This document shows, piece by piece, positions 1 to 13,599 of a DNA stretch of 64,000 nucleotides. Position numbers and translations under genes: made by a program. Position 1 is the stretch's first letter; the number at the start of each line of letters is the position of its first letter. The notes under the pieces were generated by a model. That model was not told the origin of the DNA. It saw only the letters and a list, made by a program, of their open reading frames with translations, and did not search any database. This stretch comes from Octopus vulgaris. Its lineage: Eukaryota. The stretch covers positions 60,450,001-60,514,000 of the forward strand of contig OX597817.1 in NCBI GenBank assembly GCA_951406725.2, given 5' to 3'.

Positions 1-137
1 TTTACTTGATCTTTACTTGCCAATTGTCATTCTAATTTTAACCTTCCTATGATATGCAATTTTCAAGATGGTGTAATTTGATTGTTCATTTTGATTCGAT
101 AGCAGGTGGGTTTTTTTCTAATATTTCATGTGTAAGC

Positions 138-196
<59 letters not shown>

Positions 197-295
197 CATT
201 GAAGGACGCATCTTTCGATTTACAATCTAATATAGTAGAACATTTAGTATATGTCTGTATGTGTATATATATATATCTGTGTATGTATATATATA

Positions 296-910
296 TATTG
301 CCTGTTATATACATTATATTATTATCTTTATAATTTACTTCCATCTTTACTTTTTAATTGTCACTTTAATTTTAACTTTCCTATGATATACAATTTTCAA
401 GATGGTGTAATTTGGTTGTTCATTTTGAACCGATCAAAGGTTTTTTTTCAAATATTTTATGTATAAGTCTGTGTATATATATGTAGTGGTATAAATATCA
501 ACACACAAAAATTTGTTTTTCTCCTCCATTTCCTCCCTTATTTTTATTTTTATTTTTATTTTTATTTTCCCTTTTCTCTTTTTGTCTCTCTCTCCTTCTC
601 CAAACACACAGAGACACACACACACACACGCACACAAACACACACGGACACACAGAGACACACACACACACCTCCACAAAACGATCATACAAAGTAGAAG
701 AGTTCTTAGACCCCAAATGGCATTTGACCATCCTCAAAATCATAAAAGGTGTAATTTATGGCCTGCCTACCCACCAACACACACTCAGTGACACCAAAAT
801 GGACAAAAAGCTAAAATTCTTAGAACTCCCTTGGGGGTCCAGCAGGCCAAAGGAAATCTTTCTTCTTCTTCCCTCTCCCTTCCCCTCTTTCTCTTTAGCC
901 TCAGATACAA

Positions 911-956
<46 letters not shown>

Positions 957-1245
957 ATACTCACATGTTCTCTCTCTCACTTCCTCCTCATCCACTTCAC
1001 CCTCTTGTACTGTCTTGTCCCTCCTCACTACTACCAAACTCTATAAAATGATTAAATTCCCCACAAAGGAATTATTTTGATTTGATAACCCCACTAGAAA
1101 GGGAGAAAGCGCTAATAATCTGAATGATATGATCTGAAAATGATATGATATATATATGTAAAAAATGTAATATATAAATAAATATCTATAAATATGAACC
1201 ATCCGATCTTCTGATTACCTCATTTCTTCTAATATATAATACCTG
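296..1245. repeat. ~950-bp dispersed repeat, copy 1 (copy 2 at ~8836-9756; partial third copy at 1-137)
   Basis: Shared blocks in the same order, e.g. CTTTCCTATGATATACAATTTTCAAGATGGTGTAATTTGG, GGGAGAAAGCGCTAAT and AAATATGAACCATCCGATC. Confidence 0.85.
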
Positions 1246-1656
1246 TACATCATCTCTAAACCTTCCAATATATATATATATATATAAGTATGTGTGTGTA
1301 CGTGTTCGAATAGCAGAGTGTTACACCTGTTAATTAACCAAAGCATGATTAGTTATACTTTGGTCAATTATTAAAGGCGTCCTTTGCCAATTAAAGGCAT
1401 AAATATTAAATTAGTATATTATAATCTTCACAGAGTGAACGAATCAATACGCATGACCAGCCTTTACAGTACTTTCCATTCAAAAGCCGTTTGTTCCCAT
1501 TATTCTTTGTATTTGATTCTTTGCATTCTTTACCGCCAACTCCCCGAATACATACCAAACATTCTGCCTCATTAATGGATTAGCATCCATCATACCAACA
1601 CCATCATGCTACATACAGCGGCGAAATGTACATATTATAACACTGTAGCGTTTTAT

Positions 1657-1771
1657 GTAACCTGATGAGGTTTCTTCTGCATTGTGGAGTGCATTTGATT
1701 CCATTATATCGTTTCCTACCCACAAGGGAGCAGTGCAGATGTAAGCCGAAACGATTGTCGTGCTAAATAAA
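1657..1771 (+). ncRNA. Type I hammerhead ribozyme motif (Penelope-like), long stem II
   Basis: CTGATGA 1662-1668; stem II GGTTT/AAGCC and TCTGCATTG/CAGTGCAGA; GAAAC-GATT-GTC 1748-1759; weak stem I; AATAAA immediately downstream. Confidence 0.6.
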
Positions 1772-2097
1772 GCTTGCAGTACACTCCATCTTCCCTATTA
1801 ATTATTAAAAATATACCAAACGTGCACCGACGTAATCCTTACGTAGATCCTGCGACTAAAGTACAGGTGGCCGTATGGAGTGAACGTACTCCCAAGGCAC
1901 ACTACTAGGGACATATCAAAGACAGAGTTTGGATGCTATATTTTAAAGTTCCCTATCTAAACTTTAATTTTAAAGACAGCCTAACGGTCATTTTCATAGC
2001 ACTTTTTGATTGTCTTAATAAGTGACGAGATGCTGAAGCAGATTTCCGCCTCGACATCCGAAACTCAGAGTTTTATTATGACAACCGAATTGTCACA

Positions 2098-2157
<60 letters not shown>

Positions 2158-2232
2158 AACACATATACATATACATATACATCCATATATATACATATCT
2201 ATCTATCTATCTACATATGTGTATGTATGTAC

Positions 2233-2326
<94 letters not shown>

Positions 2327-2697
2327 TATCTATCTATCTACATATGTGTGTGTAAGTGGGCATGGGTGTATTTGTATGCATGTGTAAACAAACATTTTAG
2401 CATGTGAGTGGGTGAAGAGACACATGCGGAATATGCGTAATTCACCAGCTATTCCGTGTATAGTGGGATGTGTTTGTGCGCATGTGCGACATCGTAATCA
2501 TCGTACAATAACATAAACGACCTTCAAGAGAACTCGTCGGGAGACGTTAAGCAAGCAGGAGACTGGCAGCTGAAACAGGTGTAATTGTCAGTCGAACAGC
2601 GGAAGGTGATGCGCAGTCATAATATTGACACAGCAAATATTTGGTACCTGAGGGAGGAATAGATAAATAGTGAAAGAATTATATAATGCGCTCTCTC

Positions 2698-2755
<58 letters not shown>

Positions 2756-2913
2756 CATATTCATACATACACGCATGCATATATACATACATACACACAT
2801 ACATGCGTTCATGCATGCATATATACATGCATATATATATGTGTGTGTGAGCGTCTATGAGTGTGCGTGCTTGTGTAGTTATATATATATATATATTTGT
2901 ATATATATATGTA

Positions 2914-2974
<61 letters not shown>

Positions 2975-2992
2975 TATATATATATGTATATA

Positions 2993-3065
<73 letters not shown>

Positions 3066-3070
<5 letters not shown>

Positions 3071-3250
3071 TTCCTTCTCGAGCCACGCCTGGCTCATAAG
3101 GGCCGGTTTCCCGGTTTCCTTGGCGTATAGGTTCCCCACCTATACGGGACGCCGGTCCGTCGCAGGTGAGCTGCAAGATGCAGGAAGAAAGAACGAGAGA
3201 AAGTTGTCGCGAAAGAGTCAGCAGAAGTTCGCCATTACCTTCTGCCTGCA
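3066..3250 (-). mobile_element. 5'-truncated SINE: family C (tRNA-Arg type) middle joined to a family-D-like tail
   Basis: Minus strand CTGCTGACTCTTTCGCGACAACTTTCTCTC matches the middle of the 47663 SINE; the tail CTGCGACGGACCGGCGTCCCGT...GGAAACCGGG...CTTATGAGCC matches the tails at ~24440 and ~61585. Confidence 0.6.
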
Positions 3251-3304
3251 CAATATATATATGTCGGATTATGTATAAATACGTATGCGTAGTAAATAAT
3301 AATC

Positions 3305-3358
<54 letters not shown>

Positions 3359-4694
3359 GGGACAGCAAGACTATCAGGAGGGTTGTAAGCACTTGAAATA
3401 CTGGTAAAAATTGTGGATACCTAAGGTTACAGGTAGTAACCCACTATTCACATAATTCCTCTCAGGAATAGGACCGAACCTGAGCCAAACCAAAATAACA
3501 ATGTGTGGATATATATATACACATATATATAAGAAATAATTAAGATTTAGTTGAATTGGGTATTTAAGTTGAGGCACCAATTATGTACAGTATTGTCCGC
3601 ATAGCTCGAAGTTAGGTGAATACAATGCAAATAAGCAACATGGATGTCCAGGTATCAGCGCATTACGGCCGTTTCAAGCAGCTCCATTTAATCGATCAAT
3701 GCAAACATTACATCAATTTGAAATAACCTGCTCTCCTCGGACGCATACGACCATATAGATTTTCAACATACAGGATACTCCGTTATACTGTTTAGCAAAT
3801 TTTTCATCAGTAATTAAGCCTAAAAGAATTACATTTCTTCTTTTTGCTATTATTATAGCAGAAGGAATTTAGGGAGAGAATGCTTAAAGCCTATTATAAT
3901 TTAGAGTGGCAGAAGTGGGGGTGAAGGAAGAGGAATGGTGATATAGCTACATTTGTCTTTATCCTCATTACCTTCAAAAGACTCAATGCAGTAAGTAGTC
4001 TACTTCTCCTTAGAATTAAAACCATTGGCAATTGACAGTTAGGTTCTTGTTGTTGGTGATAAATTAATTAATGTCAGATACTCTTCCCTACCCCTGTTTC
4101 ACTATGACCATAAAATTAACCATACCTACATAGAAGAATGTCTCAGAAGATGCTAGCGAGATAATGATATATAGGGACGAGGTGATAACCAGAAAGAGGA
4201 CTTAACATATGATTATCAAATAAAAGGGGCCTAAAATGGAAAACAATGGAGGTCACAATGAGATCACAGTGTGGGAATTAAAAAGTACTGGAAGAAATGT
4301 GATATCAAAATATGAAAAATTTTGAAAAGAATTTAAGGAGTAAGATAAGAAGGATAGATAAAATAATCTAAGCCATAAAAGTGGGGGACTTTCATATAAA
4401 GCATAAACTTCATAATGCTTCTTCCTAGCAAATGTTCAGATGGTCATTCGTAAAACCATTCAACAATGAACCTATAATTAAATTTAAATATCATCCGAGT
4501 AGGTGTACCCATTTTCTATTGAACCAAAACCAAAGATTAAGGGCTAAAATATTTCTTTTGCAGGTAAACTTATTTAAAAACCTTGGAAAAATATATTTAC
4601 ATAAAAATTACCAACATTATGAAAAAATCTGAAAGGATATAAGAAGGTATAAAAAATACCACACATATATACATAAAAATATAATATATATATA

Positions 4695-4856
4695 GGCGTA
4701 GGAGTGGCTTTGTGGTAAGTAGCTTGCTGACCAACCACATGGTTCTAGGTTCAGTCCCACTGCGTGGCACCTTGGGCAAGTGACTTCTACTATAGCCTCG
4801 GGCCGACCAAAGCTTTGTGAGTAGATTTGGTAGACGGAAACTGAAAGAAGCCCGTC

Positions 4857-4857
<1 letters not shown>
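4695..4857 (+). mobile_element. SINE family A, head portion (tRNA-derived head plus CCTTGGGCAAG central motif)
   Basis: A-box-like TGGCTTTGTGG and B-box-like GGTTCAGTCCC; near-identical to copies at 37864, 45106 and 54443. Confidence 0.85.
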
Positions 4858-4902
<45 letters not shown>

Positions 4903-4944
4903 TTATAATAATAAGGGTTTTTTGTAACAAGTTGCTTAAGCCAT

Positions 4945-4979
<35 letters not shown>

Positions 4980-5246
4980 CGTGTATATATATGTATACAC
5001 GAGTAAGCACATAACTACAAAACAAAGTGGAGTAAAGTAGTACTCAAATACCGTTTGTCGAACGGGAGCGTGAAACTCCGAGTAACATATTTTTGCGATG
5101 TTTTTGTAGTTTTAATAAAAAAAACGTGTGTGTGTATGTATGTTTATGATCTTATATGAATCAAAACGAATCAGATGAACGCAGAAAATATATAGATGAC
5201 GAGGTATATATGTACTCTTGAATACATAGATATATACCCACAGGCA

Positions 5247-5335
<89 letters not shown>

Positions 5336-5960
5336 GTCTGTCTGTCTGTCTATTTATATATCTACGCACACATGTGTTTACGAATAGACTCGAGAGTGCA
5401 TACCATCAGATGCAGGTGCACAGCCCCACACACCCGTGGACGCAAATGTTATGTGTTGCTCCCGACAAAGTATGTCTACACGTTTTCCCATAAACACTCA
5501 CTTCTCCAACTGCAAGAAGAGAGGAGAAGAATGAAGTAAAATATTTAAATAAGAAAATACATAAAAATACATAAATAAGAACAAAATAATATACAAATAT
5601 CGGATTTCCCTCTACAGCCTAGCTTTATATTTTTTTAGGTGCGTATACCGTTCTCATATTAATTTGTTCGTGTATATATAAATTATGCGTAGTCTTCTGC
5701 ATGTATAATCGTACAACGATCATCTGTAAGACAAAAGTTCCAAATATTCGTGTTTATTTACGCATGATGTTTTGGTACAGCAAATAGTTTATATCGGTTG
5801 TGAATGTTTTTATTTTGTAATTGTTAAATATATTTCTGCGATGTTAACCATGTAAGGTTTTGTGTTGACTTAAATGGTTTGCAGGATGGTATATAATCAC
5901 TAGATTAAGACCAGGTGAAGTACTGCAGATTGTAAAGGGCGAAGCATAGAAAGTGAATTA

Positions 5961-6367
5961 TAATCTTTTCTACTCTAGGCACAAGGCCAGAAAGATTGGG
6001 GGAGCGGGGTAGTCGATTAGATCGACCCCAGTACGCGACTGGTACTTAATTTTATAGACCCCGAAAGGATGAAAGGCAAAGTCGACCTCAGCGGAATTTG
6101 AACTCAGAATGTAAAGACAGACGAAATACCTATTTCTATTTCTTTACTACCCACAAGGGGCTAAACACAGAGAGGACAAACAAGGACACACAAACGGATT
6201 AAGTCGATTATATCGACCCCAGTGCGTAACTGGTACTTAATTTATCGACTTCAAAAGGATGAAAGGTAAAGTTTACCTCGGCGGAATTTGAATTCAGAAC
6301 GTAAAGACAGACGAAATACCGCTAAGCGTTTTGCCCGGTGAGCTAACGACTCTGCCAGCTCACCGCC
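5961..6367 (-). mobile_element. SINE family B dimer (tRNA-like head, Deu/Nin-like domain; unit 1 has a Tx1-like tail, unit 2 has tail type 2)
   Basis: GGCGGTGAGCTGGCAGA head; GTCGACTTTGCCTTTCATCCTTTCGGGGTC domain present twice (one copy diverged); junction at 6130/6131. Confidence 0.85.
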
Positions 6368-6679
6368 TTAGAAAATGAATGAAACAGGATGAAATTGGCA
6401 GTAAAGGCCGTGTAAGTAATGCGATGAAAGAAACAAAAGACAACGACGATGAAAGTGAGTGAGCTTTGAAAGCACATATCAATTCTATGTTGATATCTCT
6501 TGTGTGAAACGTTACAAAAATAATAAAATAAAGATATTGTCTCGGAAACACGATAAAGTCAGGGCTTTCATCCCTTGGTGGAGACAAAGAAACCAATTGT
6601 AAAATTCAACAGAATCACTCGTAAAATGGGTATCTATTATATTTTCCCGTTAGGTAGATAGGAATCTGACGCTACTTTT

Positions 6680-6925
6680 GTTAGTAAATGCTTAAAGGAG
6701 AATCTGGATGAACTGGGGTTTTCAGAAAGAGATATCGACCGGCTGATACGTACATTACAAGTCCAATCTGTGAGTGGAACAGTAAAAATATGCAAGACTT
6801 TTCTCAAGTTCCAAATGTGAATTTATCTGTGTTAACTATATCCCAAAGATGGAGCCTTGTATCTTTGTTAGAAACCGGGTCTCTCCCCAGCGGAAGATTT
6901 ATAATAATTAAAAAATAGAAGAGAC
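6680..6925 (+). mobile_element. 3' end of an RLE-type (R4/Dong-like) non-LTR retrotransposon
   Basis: Translates [42 protein letters not shown], homologous to the C-terminus at ~15950-16033; 3' UTR ends at (CATA)n. Confidence 0.65.
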
Positions 6926-7613
6926 ATACATACATACACACACACATACATACATACATACATACATACATACATACATACATACATACATACATACATA
7001 CGTATTGGTGTATCTGTCTCTGTGAGCTCGTGAATATATCACTGCTTTACTGTGGATGTTATTAATAATTAACAATGAATCGTTGTAGACAAAGGAAAAT
7101 GAAGATTTCGGTAAACATTTGTTACAATATTTTCAATTTTGAAAGAGTTTAAAAGTTCTCATGTTGATAAATTTCTTTCAGGATGAAAGTACTTTTTTGC
7201 AATTCTGATATGTCCAGATTCTTTTGGCCTCCATTGCAGCACACATTTCTCCTCCATTACTCCTGCAGCCGACACGTTAAGTTGTAGACTACAAATATAT
7301 CCTCTTACGCGCTCAAGCAATGATATATGCTGTCAGTGATAGCAAAACAAAGCGCGATATGTTGCTAGATGTAACATAGAGATATCACTTTACTTTTCCG
7401 AGATAGATATTTGTTTGATGTTTGTCTCTCTCTCACGTATCTGTAACCAGCGGAATCAATTATGCGACATTTCTTCTAATCAGTATTATCATCATCAATG
7501 GTCGATTGCCGCCCATTGACGCCAAAGATCGGAGAATATCTTTGTTCTTTAAATGTAACTTAGAAGGAAAATGGTTCCTTATTCTATCTCTATCTTTCTC
7601 CCTTTACACACAC

Positions 7614-7646
<33 letters not shown>

Positions 7647-8656
7647 TGTATGTATGTATGTATGTATGTATGTATGTATGTATGTATGTATGTATGTATG
7701 TATGTATGCATGCATGTATGTATGTATATATATACATACATACATGTGTGTGAGTGTGTGTGTGTGTGTGTGTTCTCACTCTTATGAATGTGTTGGGGAT
7801 TCACTACTCCAAGTTGATGAAACCTTATACTATAGATTGTAGACCTTATTCTTTGAGTTCTATTCAAATTTTGTTATTAGCAGAGGAAAAAGACTGAAGA
7901 ATTTCTATTAGTTTGTATTAGGTTCAATTTCACTCGCAATGGCCCCTAATTTGGAGTGGGATGGAATTCAATTCACGAAACTCTCGAAACATCACGTGAA
8001 AATGAAACAGTTTCTTGTGTCCCAATGATTTAACTGAGCAAAGATTTAACGTTGCAGCTATTTCTTGTTCATTTACCTTTCTCTACAGACTTCTACTCAA
8101 ACGAATTCGCTAATTCATTACTGAAAATAAATATCCCTAGAATCTCATCTTTTTTGTATCTCTGAATCAAACCCCAATAGTAAACATTTTATCAAATTCT
8201 TCATGTGCTCAATCATTCTGTAGCTTTTCTGTATTTTCCCACGACTCCGTCGTTTACTCTAAAGCTTTCGACTTGCAAATCTTCAGACTAAACACCAAAC
8301 CTGCCAGTCTCAGACACTTTAACATGATTTCGAAGATTATGAGCAGGGCATCAATTCCTCTCGATAACCGATTCGAAAAAATCCGATCAGACATCATTTA
8401 TTAAATACCATTGGTAGAGATACAGATCAACTGTAGCGATATACTACGAATTATAATCCAGGAAATTATTTAAACTATGTTTGGCTAGCTATTACTCCAA
8501 GATAGATCATCCGTGTTTTTATTAAGAGGTTGGTGGATGGCACAGTCGGCGGAGCATCGGGAAGATTGCCTGCGGTCGTTGCCAGCAGCCCTTTACCTAT
8601 TCATTTCCCGAATACACTTTGTGGTGGAGAAATATACTATTACGTGCCATCCTATG

Positions 8657-8705
<49 letters not shown>

Positions 8706-8731
8706 TGTATATATATATATATACATATATG

Positions 8732-8779
<48 letters not shown>

Positions 8780-8835
8780 TATTTATATATATATATATCT
8801 GTGTATATATATATCTGTGTGTGTATAGATATGTG

Positions 8836-9427
8836 TATTGCCTGTTATATACATTATATTATATTATTATCTTTATAATTTACTTCCATCTTTACCTTTT
8901 AATTGTCACTTTAATTTTAACTTTCCTATGATATACAATTTTCAAGATGGTGTAATTTGGTTATTCATTTTGAACCGATAAAAAGGTTTTTTTCAAATAT
9001 TTTATGTATAAGTCTGTGTGTGTATATATATATGTATTGGTATAAATATCAACACACAAAAGTATTTTTTTCTTCTCCACTTCCTCCCTTATTTTTATTT
9101 ATTTTTTATTTATTTTTTTATATTTTATTTTTTATTTTTATATTTATTTTTATTTTTATCTTCCCTTTTCTCTTTCTTTCTCTCTCTCCTTCTCCAAACA
9201 CACAGATACACACACACACACACACACGCACACAAAAACACACACGGACACACACACACACATACACACCTCCACAAAATGATCATAGAAAGTGTGACCC
9301 CAAATGACATTTGTCCGGCCACGACACGAGACTGGACAGAGAGCAGAGCCAAAATTCTTAGAAAACCACAGGAGGTCCAGTAGGCCAACGGAATAACAAT
9401 ACTTCTTCTTCCCTATCAGATACAAAT

Positions 9428-9487
<60 letters not shown>

Positions 9488-9756
9488 ATACACACATGTT
9501 TTTTCTGTCTCACTTCCTCTTCACCCTTTTATACTGTCTTATTCCTCCCCACCACTACTACGAAACTATAAAATGTTCAAATTACCCACAAGGAATTGAT
9601 TTGATTTGAAAAGCCCACTCGATTGGGAGAAAGCGCTAATCCGAATGATATGATCTGAAGGATATGATATATATTAAAATGTAATATATAAATAAATATC
9701 TATAAATATGAACCATCCGATCTGATTACCTCATTTTTTCTAATATATAATACCTG
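8836..9756. repeat. ~920-bp dispersed repeat, copy 2 of 296-1245
   Basis: Same block order as copy 1 with many small indels; 9767-9860 repeats its 3' part again. Confidence 0.85.
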
Positions 9757-9874
9757 ATCATGGGGTGAGAAAGCGCTAATCCGAATGATATGATCTGAAT
9801 GATATGATATATATGTAAAAAATGTACTTTACCCAAACTATATAAATAAATATCTATAAATCAGTGAGAGCCAT

Positions 9875-10546
9875 CCAGTACCACGAAATTCAAAGTTTGA
9901 ATGAAAGTTTGTGTCACCAGCCCCTTCCACCCGCGTGTAGCAAGACAAAATGCTGCGGTCATTTACTGGGATAAAATATGGTTATCAGTAATAATAAAGG
10001 GTGAAATTAATTAATTAGGGATAATTATCAATTACACCAAGTAGATTTCGGCATGTAAAGCCCCATTCGAGGAAATTTAATATACAATTATTCATAAAGT
10101 TCCTGCGCCGATGAGAAAAGTTTGGGTAAGTAGAATTTTCTAATTCTTATGCTCTCTAAACTTGATCTCGAAACGTACGTCCGTAGTAACTTAAATTGAT
10201 GATAGATTGCCTCATTTCATTCTTTCTTTCTTACCTGTCTGTGTTTGCCTTTCAAGTGCTGTGTTTTTACTGTGATCCCCCTTTTAGTAGAAGGAATAGC
10301 TATATCTCTTTGACTCTTTTCTAAATTCGGTGTGTTGGTGAGGCAATTCGTTGCTAAACCTTAATTACTAGTATTACTTAAATTTTCCTTGAATGGGCTA
10401 ATCAAATCTCTGTGTATTGATTATCCTAAAATTAATTTCACCCTTTATTATTACTGATAACCATATTTTATCCAGTAAATGACCTTTGTCATGGAAGGGG
10501 CTGGTGACACAAACTTTCATTCAAACTTTGAATTTCGTGGTACTGG
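9875..10546. repeat. Long inverted repeat (arms ~9875-10085 and ~10376-10546)
   Basis: CCAGTACCACGAAATTCAAAGTTTGAATGAAAGTTTGTGTCACCAGCCCCTTCCA has its exact reverse complement at ~10492-10546; the GGTCATTTACTGG...GGGTGAAATTAATT block is also inverted. Confidence 0.9.
10103..10186 (+). ncRNA. Type I hammerhead-like motif with one core substitution (CCGATGA)
   Basis: Stem I CTGCG/CGTAG; core CCGATGA 10108-10114; long imperfect stem II (AAGTTTGG/CTAAACTT, AGAATT/AATTCT); GAAAC-GTAC-GTC with palindromic ACGTACGT. Confidence 0.55.
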
Positions 10547-11004
10547 TCATGCTTTCTGCTCGACACTGACCTAGTATCATCATTATTCATAATTGTAGTA
10601 TCCAATTCTTATGCCTAAAACTTGATCTCAATACGTCCGTATAACAAAATTGCATATATATATATATATATAGTAGAAGGAATATATATATATATTCGGT
10701 GTGTTGGTGAGGCAATTCGTTGCTAAACCCTTAATTACTTAGTATTACTTATATATATATAGATAGATATAGATATATACATACGTACATACATACATAC
10801 ATCTTCATATACACACATACACACACACACACATTATTATCTGCAGCTCTTGCTGGTCCATATCAGATATGCAATCTATATGGGTGTCTTTTCAGATCAT
10901 TGCTTGGTTTAAAAAGCCACATTAGATGCCATGATGGATCTAGGGTGTAAGTACAGGAGGTGGTTAAACTCTGCATAAGGAGTAGACAACCACCATGTAT
11001 GTAA

Positions 11005-11034
<30 letters not shown>

Positions 11035-11036
<2 letters not shown>

Positions 11037-11822
11037 GTCTTAAAAGTCACTGATGGCTTTCAATTTTTAATAACTTCCTTAACTTCACAAATAAATCGAA
11101 GTCAAGTTTTGCAACACCACTACATCACATATGAAAAATGACTTCGCTTAAATGGCAGCCATTTTCGGCTTCGCATACCCGTACTCTTTCCAAAACTTGC
11201 ACTATAATACCCTCAAAAGTTTCACACCCCACTTTGATTTCTCTATTGATGTTCTCATTCAGTTGCACCAGGGTCTCCGGTTTGTTGACGTAAACCCACT
11301 CTTTCAGCTATTCATGATTGAGACCTTATGGCGCCCGGCCATTCAAAGTAGACCTCACACATGGTTCCAGCAAGATGGGGCAACTGGTCATACTGCAAGA
11401 GAAACAATGTAGTTGCTATGGCAGTGCTTTGGAGAGAGAATAATTTCCCGCTACGGGAATGTCAACTGGCCTTCACGTTCCCCAGACTTGACTATCCCGT
11501 ATTTTTCCTTGTTGGGGATACCTGAAGATAAGGTTTACGTCAACAAACCGGAGACCCTGGTGCAACTGAAGGAGAACATCAATAGAGAAATCAAAGGAGT
11601 GGGGTCTGAATCTCTTGAGGGTGTTATGGTGCAAGTTCTGGAAAGAGTACGGGCGTGCGAAACCGAAAATGGCTGCCATCTAAGGAAAGTAGTTTGTCAT
11701 ATGCAAAGTAGTGGTGTTGAAAACTTTGACTTATGTATATTAATTTCCATTATGTTCTTTATATCAAAATGTTCTTTGTATCAAAATTTCATGCATTTAT
11801 TTGTGAAGTTTGGGACACCCTG
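11035..11822 (+). mobile_element. Foldback non-autonomous Tc1/mariner (DDxD mariner-like) element with a transposase 3' remnant
   Basis: WFQQDGATGHTARETM*...NWPSRSPDL...KVYVNKPETLVQLKENI at 11360-11700; right end GGGACACCCTG|TA; ~11100-11297 is the reverse complement of ~11532-11731. Confidence 0.85.
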
Positions 11823-12768
11823 TATATATGTTATATGGCTACAAAATATTGGGAAATAATAACCCGACTGTATTAGAAGGGTTAATGAGATCATTTGGCA
11901 ACAGAAAATAAGATCGTGGATTCAAGTCTGTGAGTTTAATTATCATATATAGAATTCACAAGTCCATTGCATCATTCTTAATCACACAACCCATTTGGTC
12001 CTTCACAACTTCGCTTTTATGTAGCAAACCAAACATAGCTAATCGCTTTCCATGTGATGAATATGAGAATATCAATCTAATATATCCGCAAATTTAGAGT
12101 TTTTACCCGCTGTTTTACACCACTGAGCTTTCGATGTTGTGTTGCCTGAGTGATTTGAGACGTATACATAATTGCAGTTGACATGGACCGGCGACTGACA
12201 TTTCAGGAATACATTTATCGGCATATTTCAAGATTAGAGAATTGGCAAAACTCGGCTGAAGAAAAATGTATTAGAGTCAATTGATTCGCTGTAAGGAGTG
12301 AAAATTTTAGTTTTAAATATTTTCCTTTCTTTTGAAGAACAAAAAAGCGGGTGCGATATAGAAGCTTTTATACCACCAATACAATTTGACGATCGTGTTA
12401 TTAAGCCCCTCTATATTACTTTCTCTATTTCTATCTTTCATTCCTGTAAAAGGCAAATGTCCAAAACATTGAATGTTCTTACCGTTTGCAGCAAACCAAC
12501 TCAATGTAATCCATTTCCTACGAAATCTTTTATTTACTCACTTCTTACCGACGCTGACCCTCCCGTCCACCGGTTTTCTTGCATTCTCGTTCTCATCTAG
12601 GACTTTATAGTCAACAATGTGCAATCGTCCCAATTCGTTGAATCGTATGTGTCCCATAATCAAAGGGGGTCTTCTTTAAACAGTAATGCAATTTTAAATG
12701 CTAATGTAACAAGATGTGTGTGTGTGTGTCCGTTCGTCCGCTTGTGTGCATAATGTATGTGTATTTAT

Positions 12769-12843
<75 letters not shown>

Positions 12844-13540
12844 TATACACATATATATATATATATATGTCTGTATCTCTGTCTCCCTTCTCTCTCCATC
12901 TCTCTCTCTCTCTCTCTTTATATATATATGCCTCTCTTTCTCTCTCTCTCTCTATATATATATATCGATGAATAAATAAGTAGATAGAGAAAGCTTTATA
13001 AACAACAGACGATTCCAAATTGGTGTGATCGTCTCCGTTTGATGTTCAGCTTGTAGTTCTGTCGGTTGACCGTTACAGAAGAACGTGAACAGTTAAAGAT
13101 CATTGTTATTATTATTATATTTATCATACGTAATGTCGGTATAACTTGATGCAATCCCGAAAAACTGGCTCACAACTCAGCATCATTAGATGGTGGCTGG
13201 CATAATGAGATAGGAGTTGTATTTGTATATTCAAAATGTTTCCCACAAACAAATTATAAATATAAGTGTGTCTGTGTATGTGTGTGTGTGTGCGTGCGTG
13301 TAGGTGCAGTTGCATGTTTAAAAATCTCTCTTTGCAAAGACACTCCATTTCACGTTGTTCCAGTCTACCCTATTGTAAATGAAGCGCCTTGCCTAAGGAT
13401 ACGACGCATCGCCCGATTTAGAAATTGAACTCACGACCTTTTCATCATAAACCGACAACCATTTGGCTACGCGCCTTTACTCAAATAGAACATGAACAAT
13501 ATCAACCAGTGCAACAACGACAACAACAACAGCAACAATA

Positions 13541-13599
<59 letters not shown>

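Noticed and set aside
3740-3815. Minus-strand CTGATGA...GAAA...GTC hammerhead
   Set aside because: Stems I and II do not pair.
3400-4640. Possible decayed Penelope coding region
   Set aside because: It looks like degraded coding DNA, but I cannot identify an RT or GIY-YIG motif; needs TBLASTX.
5050-5090. GAAACTCCGAGTA as a hammerhead 3' half
   Set aside because: There is no CUGANGA upstream; at most a truncated relic.
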